From a virus (lineage: Duplodnaviria > Caudoviricetes): 64,000 nucleotides of DNA. Location: the IMG/VR virus record IMGVR_UViG_3300021431_000091, positions 32,001 through 96,000 of that record. One strand, written 5' to 3'. Position numbers and translations under genes: made by a program. The notes under the pieces were generated by a model. The model was given only the letters and a program-made list of their open reading frames with translations, made no database searches and had not been told where the DNA came from. Shown piece by piece: positions 54,328 through 64,000 of this stretch (positions are counted from its first letter, which is position 1; every line of letters begins with the position of its first letter).

Positions 54328-56502
54328 TTAAATGTTCATAATAAATGCGCCCTTATTGATCTGTATGACATTCTGCTCATCATAGTCGCTCCACTTAATA
54401 ACGCCCTGGAAAATCACTATCCTGTCCTTCTTCTGCCAGAAATAATCCTTAGCACCTATCCAGGCATCGTTCCAAATAGTAAGCTGACCAGTATCGATAT
54501 TCTGCTGGAGGGTGACCTTTCCGTAATGCTTTGTCTCACCGGTGCTCTTGTCCTTATACTTATGCTCAGTGCATTCCAGGATAGTGGCACATATAGCAAC
54601 ACGCAGCTTGTCATTCCCAGGTTCCTGGAGATCTTCCAGTCTGAAATACCTTACGCTGTTCAATGAGGTTGGTTTTGTAGCATTCCTATAGATTCTCTCA
54701 TAATCAATAGCTCCAAAACCAGTAAGTGCTATCTGCTTCTGACCCCAGAACCAATGCTTGTCGCGCAAATCCTCAGGAATCAATTTCTCATCAATCTTGA
54801 ATCCCAACAACTCAGCAGCCTGCGCCATCAAACCATACCTTTCAGTAATAGAGCCTACATTCATCAGCTTGTCAAAGGCACCAGCCAGTATGAGGTTCTT
54901 TACCGTCAGGGCTGTAACTGGGCACTTCCTGAACTCATCGTCGTTATCAATGTCGTCCCAGTCCTTATATTTCTTGAACTTGTTACGGAAAATACGCTTG
55001 ATAAAGTCCTCCAGGCTTGTAAATTCCCCATGCCTGTTGCGCTCTGCCACAATGAAATCAACAGCCTTAAGACCAACCTGCTTGATACGAAGAATTGACC
55101 AGTAGATTTCGTTGGTCTTGTAATTCGAAACAAAGTCATCACCAGAAACATTGATGTCAGGCTGTGTAATCGTAATATTGTTCAGCTCACGGATTTCCTG
55201 TAGGATTGAGGTCATCTTGGCATCCTTACCCCACTTAAGCAGAACAGTGTAGAAAGCCACTGGGTAGAGGGCTTTGATATAGGCTCCAATATAAGCGGTT
55301 ATACCATACGCCGTCGCATGACTTTTGTTAAAACCATAGGTAGCACCACCTTCAATAATGCCCCAAACTCTATCTCTAACCTCATCTGGACAGCCATTCT
55401 TAGAGGCTCCGGAGTAGAACTTATCTTTGAATTTGCGAATCTTCTCAACCTTCTTTTTTGAGATAGCCTTCACCAGGTTTACACCGTCACCAAGGCTAAG
55501 ACCACCAATCTTACGTGCCAAAGCTGCATACTGTTCCTGGTAGGCTGCAACTGCATAGGTGTCCTTAAGAATATCATAAGTTCCCCAAAGGTATTCGGGA
55601 TCAACAACACCTTCCTTAGCATCCACATACATCTTAGCTGCTCCAGAATCCAAAGTTGCAGGACGGAAAAGCGCGTTAGCTGCAATAATGTCGTTGATTG
55701 ACTCTGGATGCATACTCTTAATGTACCTGGTCATGCCATCAGAGGAAAGCTGGAAAATGCCCTGTGTTAAACCCTTCCTGATAATCTCATACACCTTAGG
55801 CTCATCAAGCGCACTTGTGGCTATGCTTTCAATGCTCAGGTTGGTTCCGTATTCCTTATTGCATATCTGAATCATAGTATCAAGCCTGGAGAGCTCAGCA
55901 ATACCCAGCAGGTCGTTCTTAAGCAATCCAAGTTCATCAAGCTCAGTACCGCTAAGTTCAGACACAAGCAGGCCGTTCATTTTCTTGATGGGGATGATGT
56001 CAAAGCACTCAACATCTTCACCTTTAATAATGTCTGGAGTAACAACAACTGCTGAAGCGTGAATACCTTCAGAACGAGGCTGAAACATAATAGGCCTTAT
56101 TTCCTCAAACACGTCTGGGTGCTTCTGAATAAAATCCCTGACCTTCTTCTCCTTTGCGGCCAACAGCATCAACTCAGTCCAGTCACCAGCGTTATCGTCA
56201 ATGATAGCTGTTATGTAGTTGGCCATATTCACAGATACCCTATGAACACGGCACACATCCTTAATCACGGACTTAACCTGGAGTGTCGTAAATGTTCCGG
56301 CAGAGAAAACACGCTGCTTTCCATTATGGTTATATCGCCTCTCCAGGTACGCCTTAACATCGTCTCGTTTTGTAGAGTCGAAGTCGGTATCGATGTCAGG
56401 CAAACTTCCGTGATGCAATTTTCTGTAACCACTATCTACAAAGCAATCAAGGACGTTTTTGGACTTTTTGTTGTCAATTTTTCTGATACTTTTTATTTTC
56501 AT
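54328..56502 (-). CDS. dnaE: DNA polymerase III alpha, C-terminal half
   Basis: SLPDIDTDF, HASAVV, KNDLLG, GIFQ, YQEQ, FNKSHA. Confidence 0.95.
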   Translation of the reverse strand: MKIKSIRKIDNKKSKNVLDCFVDSGYRKLHHGSLPDIDTDFDSTKRDDVKAYLERRYNHNGKQRVFSAGTFTTLQVKSVIKDVCRVHRVSVNMANYITAIIDDNAGDWTELMLLAAKEKKVRDFIQKHPDVFEEIRPIMFQPRSEGIHASAVVVTPDIIKGEDVECFDIIPIKKMNGLLVSELSGTELDELGLLKNDLLGIAELSRLDTMIQICNKEYGTNLSIESIATSALDEPKVYEIIRKGLTQGIFQLSSDGMTRYIKSMHPESINDIIAANALFRPATLDSGAAKMYVDAKEGVVDPEYLWGTYDILKDTYAVAAYQEQYAALARKIGGLSLGDGVNLVKAISKKKVEKIRKFKDKFYSGASKNGCPDEVRDRVWGIIEGGATYGFNKSHATAYGITAYIGAYIKALYPVAFYTVLLKWGKDAKMTSILQEIRELNNITITQPDINVSGDDFVSNYKTNEIYWSILRIKQVGLKAVDFIVAERNRHGEFTSLEDFIKRIFRNKFKKYKDWDDIDNDDEFRKCPVTALTVKNLILAGAFDKLMNVGSITERYGLMAQAAELLGFKIDEKLIPEDLRDKHWFWGQKQIALTGFGAIDYERIYRNATKPTSLNSVRYFRLEDLQEPGNDKLRVAICATILECTEHKYKDKSTGETKHYGKVTLQQNIDTGQLTIWNDAWIGAKDYFWQKKDRIVIFQGVIKWSDYDEQNVIQINKGAFIMNI

Positions 56503-56505
56503 AGC

Positions 56506-58233
56506 TTATAGTTCTGGTATAGTAAACAATTCGTCCTTTCTATCAAATATCACGTCATCGTCTGGTGTCAGTTCATCAGCAAGCACGGTCACCTCTTTCC
56601 CGTCTCTATTAACAAGGAATTCAGCGTCACTGGCAAAGCACAGCTTCTTACCATCCTCAAACTCAATCTCAACATAATCCTTTCTTGACAGGTCATTTCC
56701 GATAATTGTAACATCAGCAGGCTCAAGCCCACCACGCTCAGGCAGAAGGAAACGCTCAAACAGCAAAGAATAAGGCATCGGGTCAATCTGGGTAATTCCA
56801 AGCAGGTAACTTAGAAGGCAACCGCCAGCAGATCCACGTCCAACTCCAACAGCTATTCCAGATCTTCTCGCCCAGTTTATCTCATCCCATGTAACAAGAT
56901 AATAATCGACATTATCCGTGCTTTCAATCACATATTTTTCGTACTCCAGACGCTCACGGTATTCCTTTTCCTTGCCTTTCGGAACCAGCCTTTTGAAACC
57001 TTCCTCAATAAGCTCGTTGAACATATTGTAGGAATCCCCATATTTCTCCTTTTCCTCTTCGGTAAGGTCGTATCTGGGCGCATAGTTCTCATCCAGGTCA
57101 TAGGCAGCATCACTCTCTCCAGCTATAATGACAGTATTCTGGCACATCAGGTCAAACACCTCATCTGGGTACTTCTCAGAAAATAGCGCACAGAACTCAT
57201 CGTAAAGCTGGGTTGTGTCCTTGTAATACTGCTGGTCTGAAAGCTCATGGGTCACTCCGGTATCGATCTTGTTCAAGATCACCTTGTTCATCCACTCATC
57301 CGAATCAATGTAATAGCAGTCCTCAATCAGAACGGGCTCAATGCCCAGCTTCCATTTACCATTATTATAAAAGGTGTCAAAGTAAGCCTTCTGGGAGTCC
57401 AGCAGCATTGAGTCTATTCGGTCAGCCCTGTACTCACTCATATCGACCTGGAAGAACACCCAGCCACCAAACGCATCACAGAAATCCTTAAGCAGCTTGG
57501 TATTCTGAGCCATCCAGTCACCACTCCATTTGTCAAACACAATCACATTTCCATCAGCCCTGTTCAGGACCTCCAGGTAATCTATCTTTCCGTCCTCTCG
57601 GTCAACATTGATAGCCTTCTGGATACGCAGCAGATTACGGAAGCCCTTCTGGGTGGAAACATAAATCTTAGCTCCAACTTCAACATCTGCACCAAAGCAC
57701 ATTGTAAGGGAGTAACCAAAAACATAGCCTATCCCAGCTGCCTTTGCTTCCTTCTGAAGCTGGAGGGTTGCTGCCATTGTATTGCGGTCACAGATACCAA
57801 TGCTCCTATGTCCCATCCATTTTGCGGTCTTTACCCACTCAGTGATAGGTCCGGAACCATTAAGAAGCTCATAAGGTGTGTGAACACCCAGGTTAACATA
57901 GGGATGCTTATAGCTTTCCTCATGCTCCTTGCGGTCACCAACATGCCTCAGAGGGTTCAGCTTAAAGTCCTTCCTCACATCGGTATAGTAGAACTCATTG
58001 CCGAACTTCACGATAACATAGAAAATGTCATCAGATATAAGGTACTTTGGAACCTCAACACAGTCAAACTCAAAGTCCCCAGTATCCTTGTTCTGCTTAA
58101 ACAGGTGCTCACGCTTGGACATATCCTGAAAAAGGCATCTTCCGAAACCTGGGATGGTCACCACATCACGGATGATCTTGCCTTCAATCATGTGGTCGTC
58201 CAGCCACTGCTTCAACTCATCTATTTCTTTCAT
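56506..58233 (-). CDS. dnaE: DNA polymerase III alpha, N-terminal half (PHP domain)
   Basis: HTPYELLNG, GRGSAGGCL, LLFERFL. Confidence 0.93.
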   Translation of the reverse strand: MKEIDELKQWLDDHMIEGKIIRDVVTIPGFGRCLFQDMSKREHLFKQNKDTGDFEFDCVEVPKYLISDDIFYVIVKFGNEFYYTDVRKDFKLNPLRHVGDRKEHEESYKHPYVNLGVHTPYELLNGSGPITEWVKTAKWMGHRSIGICDRNTMAATLQLQKEAKAAGIGYVFGYSLTMCFGADVEVGAKIYVSTQKGFRNLLRIQKAINVDREDGKIDYLEVLNRADGNVIVFDKWSGDWMAQNTKLLKDFCDAFGGWVFFQVDMSEYRADRIDSMLLDSQKAYFDTFYNNGKWKLGIEPVLIEDCYYIDSDEWMNKVILNKIDTGVTHELSDQQYYKDTTQLYDEFCALFSEKYPDEVFDLMCQNTVIIAGESDAAYDLDENYAPRYDLTEEEKEKYGDSYNMFNELIEEGFKRLVPKGKEKEYRERLEYEKYVIESTDNVDYYLVTWDEINWARRSGIAVGVGRGSAGGCLLSYLLGITQIDPMPYSLLFERFLLPERGGLEPADVTIIGNDLSRKDYVEIEFEDGKKLCFASDAEFLVNRDGKEVTVLADELTPDDDVIFDRKDELFTIPEL

Positions 58234-58597
58234 CTCTCTTCTGCTCCTTACGTTTCAACATACTCAGGATAGTGGCAAGACGGAACCAGTATAACGGCTT
58301 GTAAGGTGTCCTCTTAACAAAATCCTCATACTCACTAACCTTGATAACCGTAAACTCAAACTCCCCGCTGAATGGAAACTCATCACCAAGCTGGAGGATC
58401 ACAACAATATTGTCGTTCCCAGTCTTGCTGCTTGGCTTGAACCTGTTTACATCCATAAAGATACTGGACACATTCCAATTCCTACCCATCCTAAAGGCAG
58501 CAAGAATATCATCCTTGTAGAATGGTCCGTCCTCGCAACCATCACAGAATTCCTGCATAAACCGCTTTTCAGTGCTTTTCAACTTAATCTTCGTCAT
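58217..58597 (-). CDS. Hypothetical protein
   Basis: ORF track. Confidence 0.65.
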   Translation of the reverse strand: MTKIKLKSTEKRFMQEFCDGCEDGPFYKDDILAAFRMGRNWNVSSIFMDVNRFKPSSKTGNDNIVVILQLGDEFPFSGEFEFTVIKVSEYEDFVKRTPYKPLYWFRLATILSMLKRKEQKRDERNR

Positions 58598-59625
58598 ATC
58601 TCATTCAAATTAAACTCAACCTGGTCAAGCAACCCGTAGGCAAAGGAATCATAAAGCTCCCACCAGCTGCAATCCGCAATATCCTTGTTTTCATCATCAA
58701 CGGCCAACTGGAGAGCCAATACGTCAAAATATGGCTCCAGATCCTTCATGGTCTTGGAAATCTCAGCCTTTGCATCCATATCATAGGCAACAATAACCTG
58801 GGTAACGCCCTTCTTCTGTATCTGATACATCTGAAACTGGGAAATCTTCTTACCGAAAGTGGCCACAGGAACAATCTGATGGTTCTCGTAAAGCTCAAAT
58901 TCCTTCACCAGCTTCATAACATTAAAGATACCCTCACAAAGGATAACAGTCTCAGTCTCCCCACGCACAATGCTGTCATAATTAAATAGGAGTTTGGAGA
59001 AATCATTTGCATTCTCATCGTCCGTCTTGGTGCTGTTCAGGTATCTCCTAATCTGGAAAGTTGAATGCGCGTTATGCTCCTCTATATAGGCCTTGCTCTG
59101 GATGTTCCTGCCAATAAAGCCCACACACTTGCCGTTCATGATAATCTGGAAAATCACATAGTCATCATACTTCCAGTTCATACCCCTGGTAGTGCCGACT
59201 GGGAACATATCGTACATTTCCATTATAAAACCGCGAGACTTGAGGTACTTGTTCTTGAATGTTCTCTTCCAGCCCTTAGGCATCTCGATTTCATTCAGTT
59301 CCTCATCCATCTCATCATCTTCATCCATAAAGGAAATAAGATCCTCAGGCTCAGCCTCCAGCTCAACGGTCTCCTTAACCGCCAAATCCATGCGGCCTAT
59401 ATCCCTAAGAAAGTCATTGAATTTTGTTGTTGTATGCCCACACTTGAAGCAGTGGGTCACAAACAGCTTCTCGTCAGTAATGCAAATTCCGAACTTATCA
59501 CCCTTCTTTCCACAGTAAGGACAGACTGGAACAATGATGTTCTTCCTACCACCGTCTATTCTGCCATTAAGCTCGGCACAAAGCTCTCTGATAATGTCCT
59601 GCTTTCGCTCTTCTGAAATGTGCAT
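58594..59625 (-). CDS. DNA primase (zinc finger plus TOPRIM)
   Basis: CPYC...CFKC, LCEGIF, YDMD. Confidence 0.88.
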   Translation of the reverse strand: MHISEERKQDIIRELCAELNGRIDGGRKNIIVPVCPYCGKKGDKFGICITDEKLFVTHCFKCGHTTTKFNDFLRDIGRMDLAVKETVELEAEPEDLISFMDEDDEMDEELNEIEMPKGWKRTFKNKYLKSRGFIMEMYDMFPVGTTRGMNWKYDDYVIFQIIMNGKCVGFIGRNIQSKAYIEEHNAHSTFQIRRYLNSTKTDDENANDFSKLLFNYDSIVRGETETVILCEGIFNVMKLVKEFELYENHQIVPVATFGKKISQFQMYQIQKKGVTQVIVAYDMDAKAEISKTMKDLEPYFDVLALQLAVDDENKDIADCSWWELYDSFAYGLLDQVEFNLNEI

Positions 59626-59765
59626 AATCCCCTAAAGGAAAATAGAATGTTCGGGAATTATGCCCCACTTCAAATGAAATATCGGTGCAAAGATAAGGAA
59701 TTTATGAATCAAATCCAAACCCTTTTGCACCGATGTTTAATCCTTTTGATGAATTTTTACTTATT

Positions 59766-61118
59766 TTAAGAAGCCATGTTGAGGGTCCTATCTGGATCAT
59801 AAAATTTTTCATGCTCATAGTCCGTCGCAATCCTGATAGGCTCACCCTGTGGGAAGAACCTGGACTTGGCAAAATACAGTCTCATTACACGCTCCTTGCG
59901 TTCCTTAGATGTCTGGTTCAGTGTCACCAGATGGGTCACTGCATAGGAAACGCCCTTGGCCTCAGAACAGTTATGCTCTGTAAGCACAAAGCTCTCATCC
60001 TCAGTCAGCTTAGGGTCTGGAACATTGGCCTGGTAGGTAACAACAGCCCAAAGGTCACGCTCACCAGCAATATCCTTAACCTCCTTTGTCATATTGATGC
60101 GGTTCTGCCTTACATCATCCTTTCCCTTTGCCTTCTCAGCTGGGTCAAGCAGGTCACCGGAGTCAATGATAAGCACGTCTGGGTTCTTGCCAAATTTCTT
60201 CTGATATTCATCCAGCACATTGTTTATATCTACTGTTGTTACTCGCTTTCCGAATTTTGGGAATCCACGGACCACCAGCGTACCGGCAGCCATCTCAACC
60301 AGTTTCTCATACTGCTTCATAGCATGGTCGTTAATCATTCCGGATTCATACAGCCTTGACTCAACACCAACCAGGCCAGCTGAATAAGCATCTGTCGTCT
60401 CTGAGGTGCTGCCCTCAAGCTGGATATGAAGAACATCCAGTCCGCTGGTGTAGCAGGCATTGGTTCCTATGTGGCGTGCAATATGTGACTTACCCACACC
60501 AGTCTTTGCCAGGAACATTGAAAGTTGCCCTCTCAGGTTACGTCCCTGGTTCATCTCATCCATCTTGTGAATGTAGAAACTGGTGATAGCCTTCTTCCTG
60601 CTGTTGTCGTTATGCTTCTCCCTATTGGAAATAAACCTCTCATGGAAAGTGCTGACAACATCAACAAACTCCTCCTGCTTAAGGCTGAACCTCTTGATTT
60701 CCTCAGCGTCCTTATAGAACTGCTCAACAGCCTCCATTCCGTCAGTACTCTGGTATATCTTTCCGATTTCCTTGTACGAACGCTGGAACATGGTAAGCTT
60801 AAGGTATTTCTCAAGCTGCTCCAGAAGTACGTCAGGATCGATCTCTTCAGCCTCATCCTGTATCTCATCCAGCAGCTCCAGAACTGCGCGACTGGAAGCT
60901 ACCGTCTGCTTGATAATTCCGTACTTCGGGGCACTCTTGTGTGTGAAATAATGCTTTGTAATTGCCACATGGAGGGACTGGAAATCCTGGGTGGGCAATA
61001 GTTCCTCTTCCATATACTGCGACACAGCAGCACAAACCTGGCTGTTGTTAATTGCACCCCAGTAAAGCTGTTTGAGGTATTCTGGGGTCAGTACGTTGTT
61101 TTTCTTAATTGTTGCCAT
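59766..61118 (-). CDS. Replicative DnaB-like helicase
   Basis: AKTGVGKS, LEG, IIDSGD, YQAN, KSR. Confidence 0.9.
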   Translation of the reverse strand: MATIKKNNVLTPEYLKQLYWGAINNSQVCAAVSQYMEEELLPTQDFQSLHVAITKHYFTHKSAPKYGIIKQTVASSRAVLELLDEIQDEAEEIDPDVLLEQLEKYLKLTMFQRSYKEIGKIYQSTDGMEAVEQFYKDAEEIKRFSLKQEEFVDVVSTFHERFISNREKHNDNSRKKAITSFYIHKMDEMNQGRNLRGQLSMFLAKTGVGKSHIARHIGTNACYTSGLDVLHIQLEGSTSETTDAYSAGLVGVESRLYESGMINDHAMKQYEKLVEMAAGTLVVRGFPKFGKRVTTVDINNVLDEYQKKFGKNPDVLIIDSGDLLDPAEKAKGKDDVRQNRINMTKEVKDIAGERDLWAVVTYQANVPDPKLTEDESFVLTEHNCSEAKGVSYAVTHLVTLNQTSKERKERVMRLYFAKSRFFPQGEPIRIATDYEHEKFYDPDRTLNMAS

Positions 61119-61722
61119 CTTCTAATCTTAATCTCATTAATTCGGGGTATCTCTTAGTAGTTATCTCTTTGCATTTAGCAGTGAACTCACATTCTGAACA
61201 GGCATTGGAACCAGGACTCCAGCCTAACGTTTTCATTGAGCAAAGCACAAGTCCGGCCTCAGTATTCAAAAACCTCCTTTTCACAAGCTCGTCACTGGGC
61301 ATCTCAATGTACTGTCTCCACTTGTTAGGCTTCGGTCCGGCTATGTAATCCGTTATTACCTGTCTCTTTACATCTATGGAATCAAGCCACTGGTCAATAT
61401 AATAGTCAATCCTGGGGTTTCCGTCTCCAAAATACTGGTTCCTGTACTTTTCGATTGCGGTCTTTCCCCAGCACCACCTCCAGTCAAAATGCGTAGGTGC
61501 CTTACCTATTATATTATCAACATACCTGTAGACCTGATACACCATAAAGTCAGTTATGCGCTGGTCAGACATCCCCATAGGAAACAGCTTCTCCAGGTCA
61601 TCAAGTCCAGCAGAAACAGCTGCCTGAGGAATACCGCCACCTGGAAGCCTGAACTTTGCATCCATCTTGACTACCAGCCTGGCAAATATCCTGACCACGC
61701 GCTCAACCTTGTTCTGATCCAT
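61105..61722 (-). CDS. Hypothetical protein with C-terminal Cys cluster
   Basis: ORF track. Confidence 0.7.
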   Translation of the reverse strand: MDQNKVERVVRIFARLVVKMDAKFRLPGGGIPQAAVSAGLDDLEKLFPMGMSDQRITDFMVYQVYRYVDNIIGKAPTHFDWRWCWGKTAIEKYRNQYFGDGNPRIDYYIDQWLDSIDVKRQVITDYIAGPKPNKWRQYIEMPSDELVKRRFLNTEAGLVLCSMKTLGWSPGSNACSECEFTAKCKEITTKRYPELMRLRLEDGNN

Positions 61723-62401
61723 CTTCGTTTGACAAATTATTACTCTCGTTTTCTCTCTTCTTGAACATAGCCTTAAGGAACTCGCTCCTGAGTGTCCCGT
61801 CCCTGTTCAGAATGTCCTTAAGCTCCTTGCGGGCCTGGAATATCCTTGACTTGACGTTCTCCTCATTCTTTCTCTTAAGGTGTCCTCTCATGAACTCAAT
61901 CTCCGTAATCTCCTTGATGGTGTAGCCCTGCACCTGCAATATGAATGCGGAAAGCTTATGGGGCTGGATCATCCTCAGGGCAGCCACAAGCTCATCAGGC
62001 AAACAGTCGCTCATATCCTTTTCATGGAAAGCGTTGTTGTTGATGACAAACTCGCGGGCTGTCTTTGAGGACATCGGATTGTTGTCGGAGTATTTGGTGT
62101 CGTGATCGAACCTCCTCTTGTTAAGCTCCTGGCAGCACCTTCTTACACAGATATGGATCCATGTATGAAGCGGTCTTTCAGGATTGTAGGACTGGATGTA
62201 TTTGTAGAACTCGGTAAGCACTATACCGAAACTCTCATCCACATTCTCCTTCCTGTCAGTGTACTTGCATGTCAGAGAATACACCATGTCGTAGTTAGGC
62301 AGGATGTATTTCTCAAACAATGCATTGTTCAGCCTGGGATCCTTACCATTTAGGATGGGCTTTCCGTTTCTGTCGAGGTAGATTTCTTGCTCGCGTTCCA
62401 T
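61703..62401 (-). CDS. ECF-like RNA polymerase sigma factor
   Basis: Region 2 'LFEKY...LHTWIH', region 4 'QGYTIKEI...VKSRIFQARKEL'. Confidence 0.85.
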   Translation of the reverse strand: MEREQEIYLDRNGKPILNGKDPRLNNALFEKYILPNYDMVYSLTCKYTDRKENVDESFGIVLTEFYKYIQSYNPERPLHTWIHICVRRCCQELNKRRFDHDTKYSDNNPMSSKTAREFVINNNAFHEKDMSDCLPDELVAALRMIQPHKLSAFILQVQGYTIKEITEIEFMRGHLKRKNEENVKSRIFQARKELKDILNRDGTLRSEFLKAMFKKRENESNNLSNEDGSEQG

Positions 62402-62714
62402 TCTTCAGATACTGCATACTTGAACATTCCTTCTGCTTTTACTCTGTCAGCCTCCTTTTCGAAACGCTTCTTGCAGAAACGCCTCCAGGCTCCATCCAGT
62501 GCCTTGAACATCATAGCAATGGACTCTTCGGTTGGCTTGAAAGTGCCGTCCTCATTCCATTCAACCTCAAACTCCAGCTTCTCACCATTGAGAACTGGAA
62601 TCTTCTCACCTCTCAGGTACAGCACGAAATCCAGGAAAAGGTGCTGCAACACATCGTTGGCAGACATCTTACTGAATTTCAGCTTCTTTGTTTTCGCGCA
62701 GTTAGCCATAATCT

Positions 62715-63236
62715 TTACCGTTTTAAATCGTTTTTATATAAGTGTACAAAATAGAACCACACACAGGCAGCGTCACAGGCATCGTGCTTGCCCTCGAAAT
62801 CCAGATGGTATCTCTCGGCAGCATACTTTAGCATAAGCTTCTTGTCGGCATTACCGTTTCCAGTCGTATGTTTCTTGATGCTCTTCACATTGAAATAGCG
62901 AACTGGGATACCCATTTCGGCAGCTACAAGCAACATAACCCCGTGAAGCTGTGCCAATTTGATGGTAGAAAGGGCGTATCTGGAGAAATTCAGCTCCTCA
63001 ACAGCCAGAACCTTAATGTGGTGCTTCAATATCATGTCCTCCAGCCAGTCAGCGAATGCAATGTACTGGTTATAGTCCGGACCAAGCTTCTTGGGTGCCT
63101 TGTCATTTGTCGGGAAATAAGCCACGCCATAGTTGTCGATATTGATATAATAGCCACAATGTTCTGCTATGTCAAGGGCAAGTATCTCATCCTTCCTCAG
63201 CCCTTCCTTTATTATATCTGGGATCGTCTTTGCCAT
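62715..63236 (-). CDS. RuvC-like Holliday junction resolvase
   Basis: LALDIA, VEE, GNGNADK, HDACDA; start MAKT overlaps the upstream stop (ATGA). Confidence 0.85.
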   Translation of the reverse strand: MAKTIPDIIKEGLRKDEILALDIAEHCGYYINIDNYGVAYFPTNDKAPKKLGPDYNQYIAFADWLEDMILKHHIKVLAVEELNFSRYALSTIKLAQLHGVMLLVAAEMGIPVRYFNVKSIKKHTTGNGNADKKLMLKYAAERYHLDFEGKHDACDAACVWFYFVHLYKNDLKR

Positions 63237-64000
63237 CAGCTTCTTGATATTGTTGAAACCCCACAATACTTTCGGACTACCAGCTGGTGCGGATAACCCT
63301 CAGATGTCATTCCCTGGGTAATCAAGAGCAATGTGATACCAAGTTTGTTCGCTATGTCGGCAACACCCATGATACCGGCCTCCTCGCAGCTGTCCATAAT
63401 CTCGTCAATGCAGATAAGGTTAAGACCTCCGCTTTCAGAAGTGAGGTTGGTCATCCTATGCATGGCTACGATATTGGCAAACATGATACGCGCCTTCTCA
63501 CCAGCAGAACACTTAAGGAATGACCCCTTATCCTCCCCGTCACGCTCAACCGAAATGGAGATCTTGTCACGTACCTTTCCGGTCTTTGTGGTGGTATAAC
63601 CTGAAAGCCTTACCCTCAAGGTGCTACCTACATCCTGGAGAACCTGGTTGGTAATCTGGGCAATTGAGTTGATCTTGGTGTTGGCCAGGTGCGTCTTGAA
63701 TCCAGCAAAAAGAACTTCCTGCTCCTTCAGGACATCAACGGCCTTCTTCTTCTCAGCCTTGACAGCATCAGCCTTCTTCTTCTCAGCCTCTGCCTCTTCC
63801 AGATGAACCTTAACCTGGGCAATCACATCAACAACAGTTGACTCCTCCAGCTTCTTGATAGATTCCTGGTAGGCCGCAATTGACTGCTCGGCCATCTCAA
63901 TACGCTGCTCCAAGGATTTCTTTGTGAGCTTCATGGTCTTAATTGAGGATTCCAGTATATCAACAGCCTCGTCAATCATATCATCTGCAACTGACTCAAT
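63236..64000 (-). CDS. SbcC/Rad50-like ATPase, C-terminal part (5' end outside window)
   Basis: Coiled coil, signature CSAGEKAR, Walker B ICIDE; frame is open to the window edge. Confidence 0.88.
   Translation of the reverse strand: MESVADDMIDEAVDILESSIKTMKLTKKSLEQRIEMAEQSIAAYQESIKKLEESTVVDVIAQVKVHLEEAEAEKKKADAVKAEKKKAVDVLKEQEVLFAGFKTHLANTKINSIAQITNQVLQDVGSTLRVRLSGYTTTKTGKVRDKISISVERDGEDKGSFLKCSAGEKARIMFANIVAMHRMTNLTSESGGLNLICIDEIMDSCEEAGIMGVADIANKLGITLLLITQGMTSEGYPHQLVVRKYCGVSTISRS

Noticed and set aside
1-64000. Stop-codon reassignment as in some gut phages
   Set aside because: Conserved genes (thyA, terL, helicase, RT) are full length in the standard code; the only split, in DnaE, is at a TAA.

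Overview
A 64-kb segment of a large tailed dsDNA phage, probably temperate and infecting Bacteroidales (Prevotella-like): TAnnTTTG promoters, A-rich translation-initiation regions, standard genetic code. Layout: (i) 1-9 kb: dUTPase, Tad2/DUF2829-like protein, small tyrosine recombinase, and three wHTH-like genes around an iteron/AT-rich candidate origin; (ii) 9-10.7 kb: long non-coding, structured region; (iii) 10.7-45 kb: co-oriented small, often acidic hypothetical genes plus thyA, RNase H, ACP and tRNAs; (iv) tRNA-Ser/attP-like site next to an integrase; (v) 47-64 kb on the minus strand: head-completion protein, terminase, lysis-like genes, exonuclease, split DnaE, primase, helicase, ECF-like sigma factor, RuvC and SbcC. 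The main finding is a reverse transcriptase (23802-25076) followed by eight tandem ~140-165-nt structured non-coding units, two unknown genes and a ninth unit. Each unit keeps a conserved, covarying scaffold around a unique 77-99-nt hairpin, suggesting a multiplexed retron-like system. Also notable: DnaE split at an apparently catalytically dead intein-like module, a ~285-nt closed ncRNA, a candidate phage-sigma promoter consensus, and a dispersed sRNA-like hairpin family. All calls are from reading the sequence by eye; no searches or folding programs were run.
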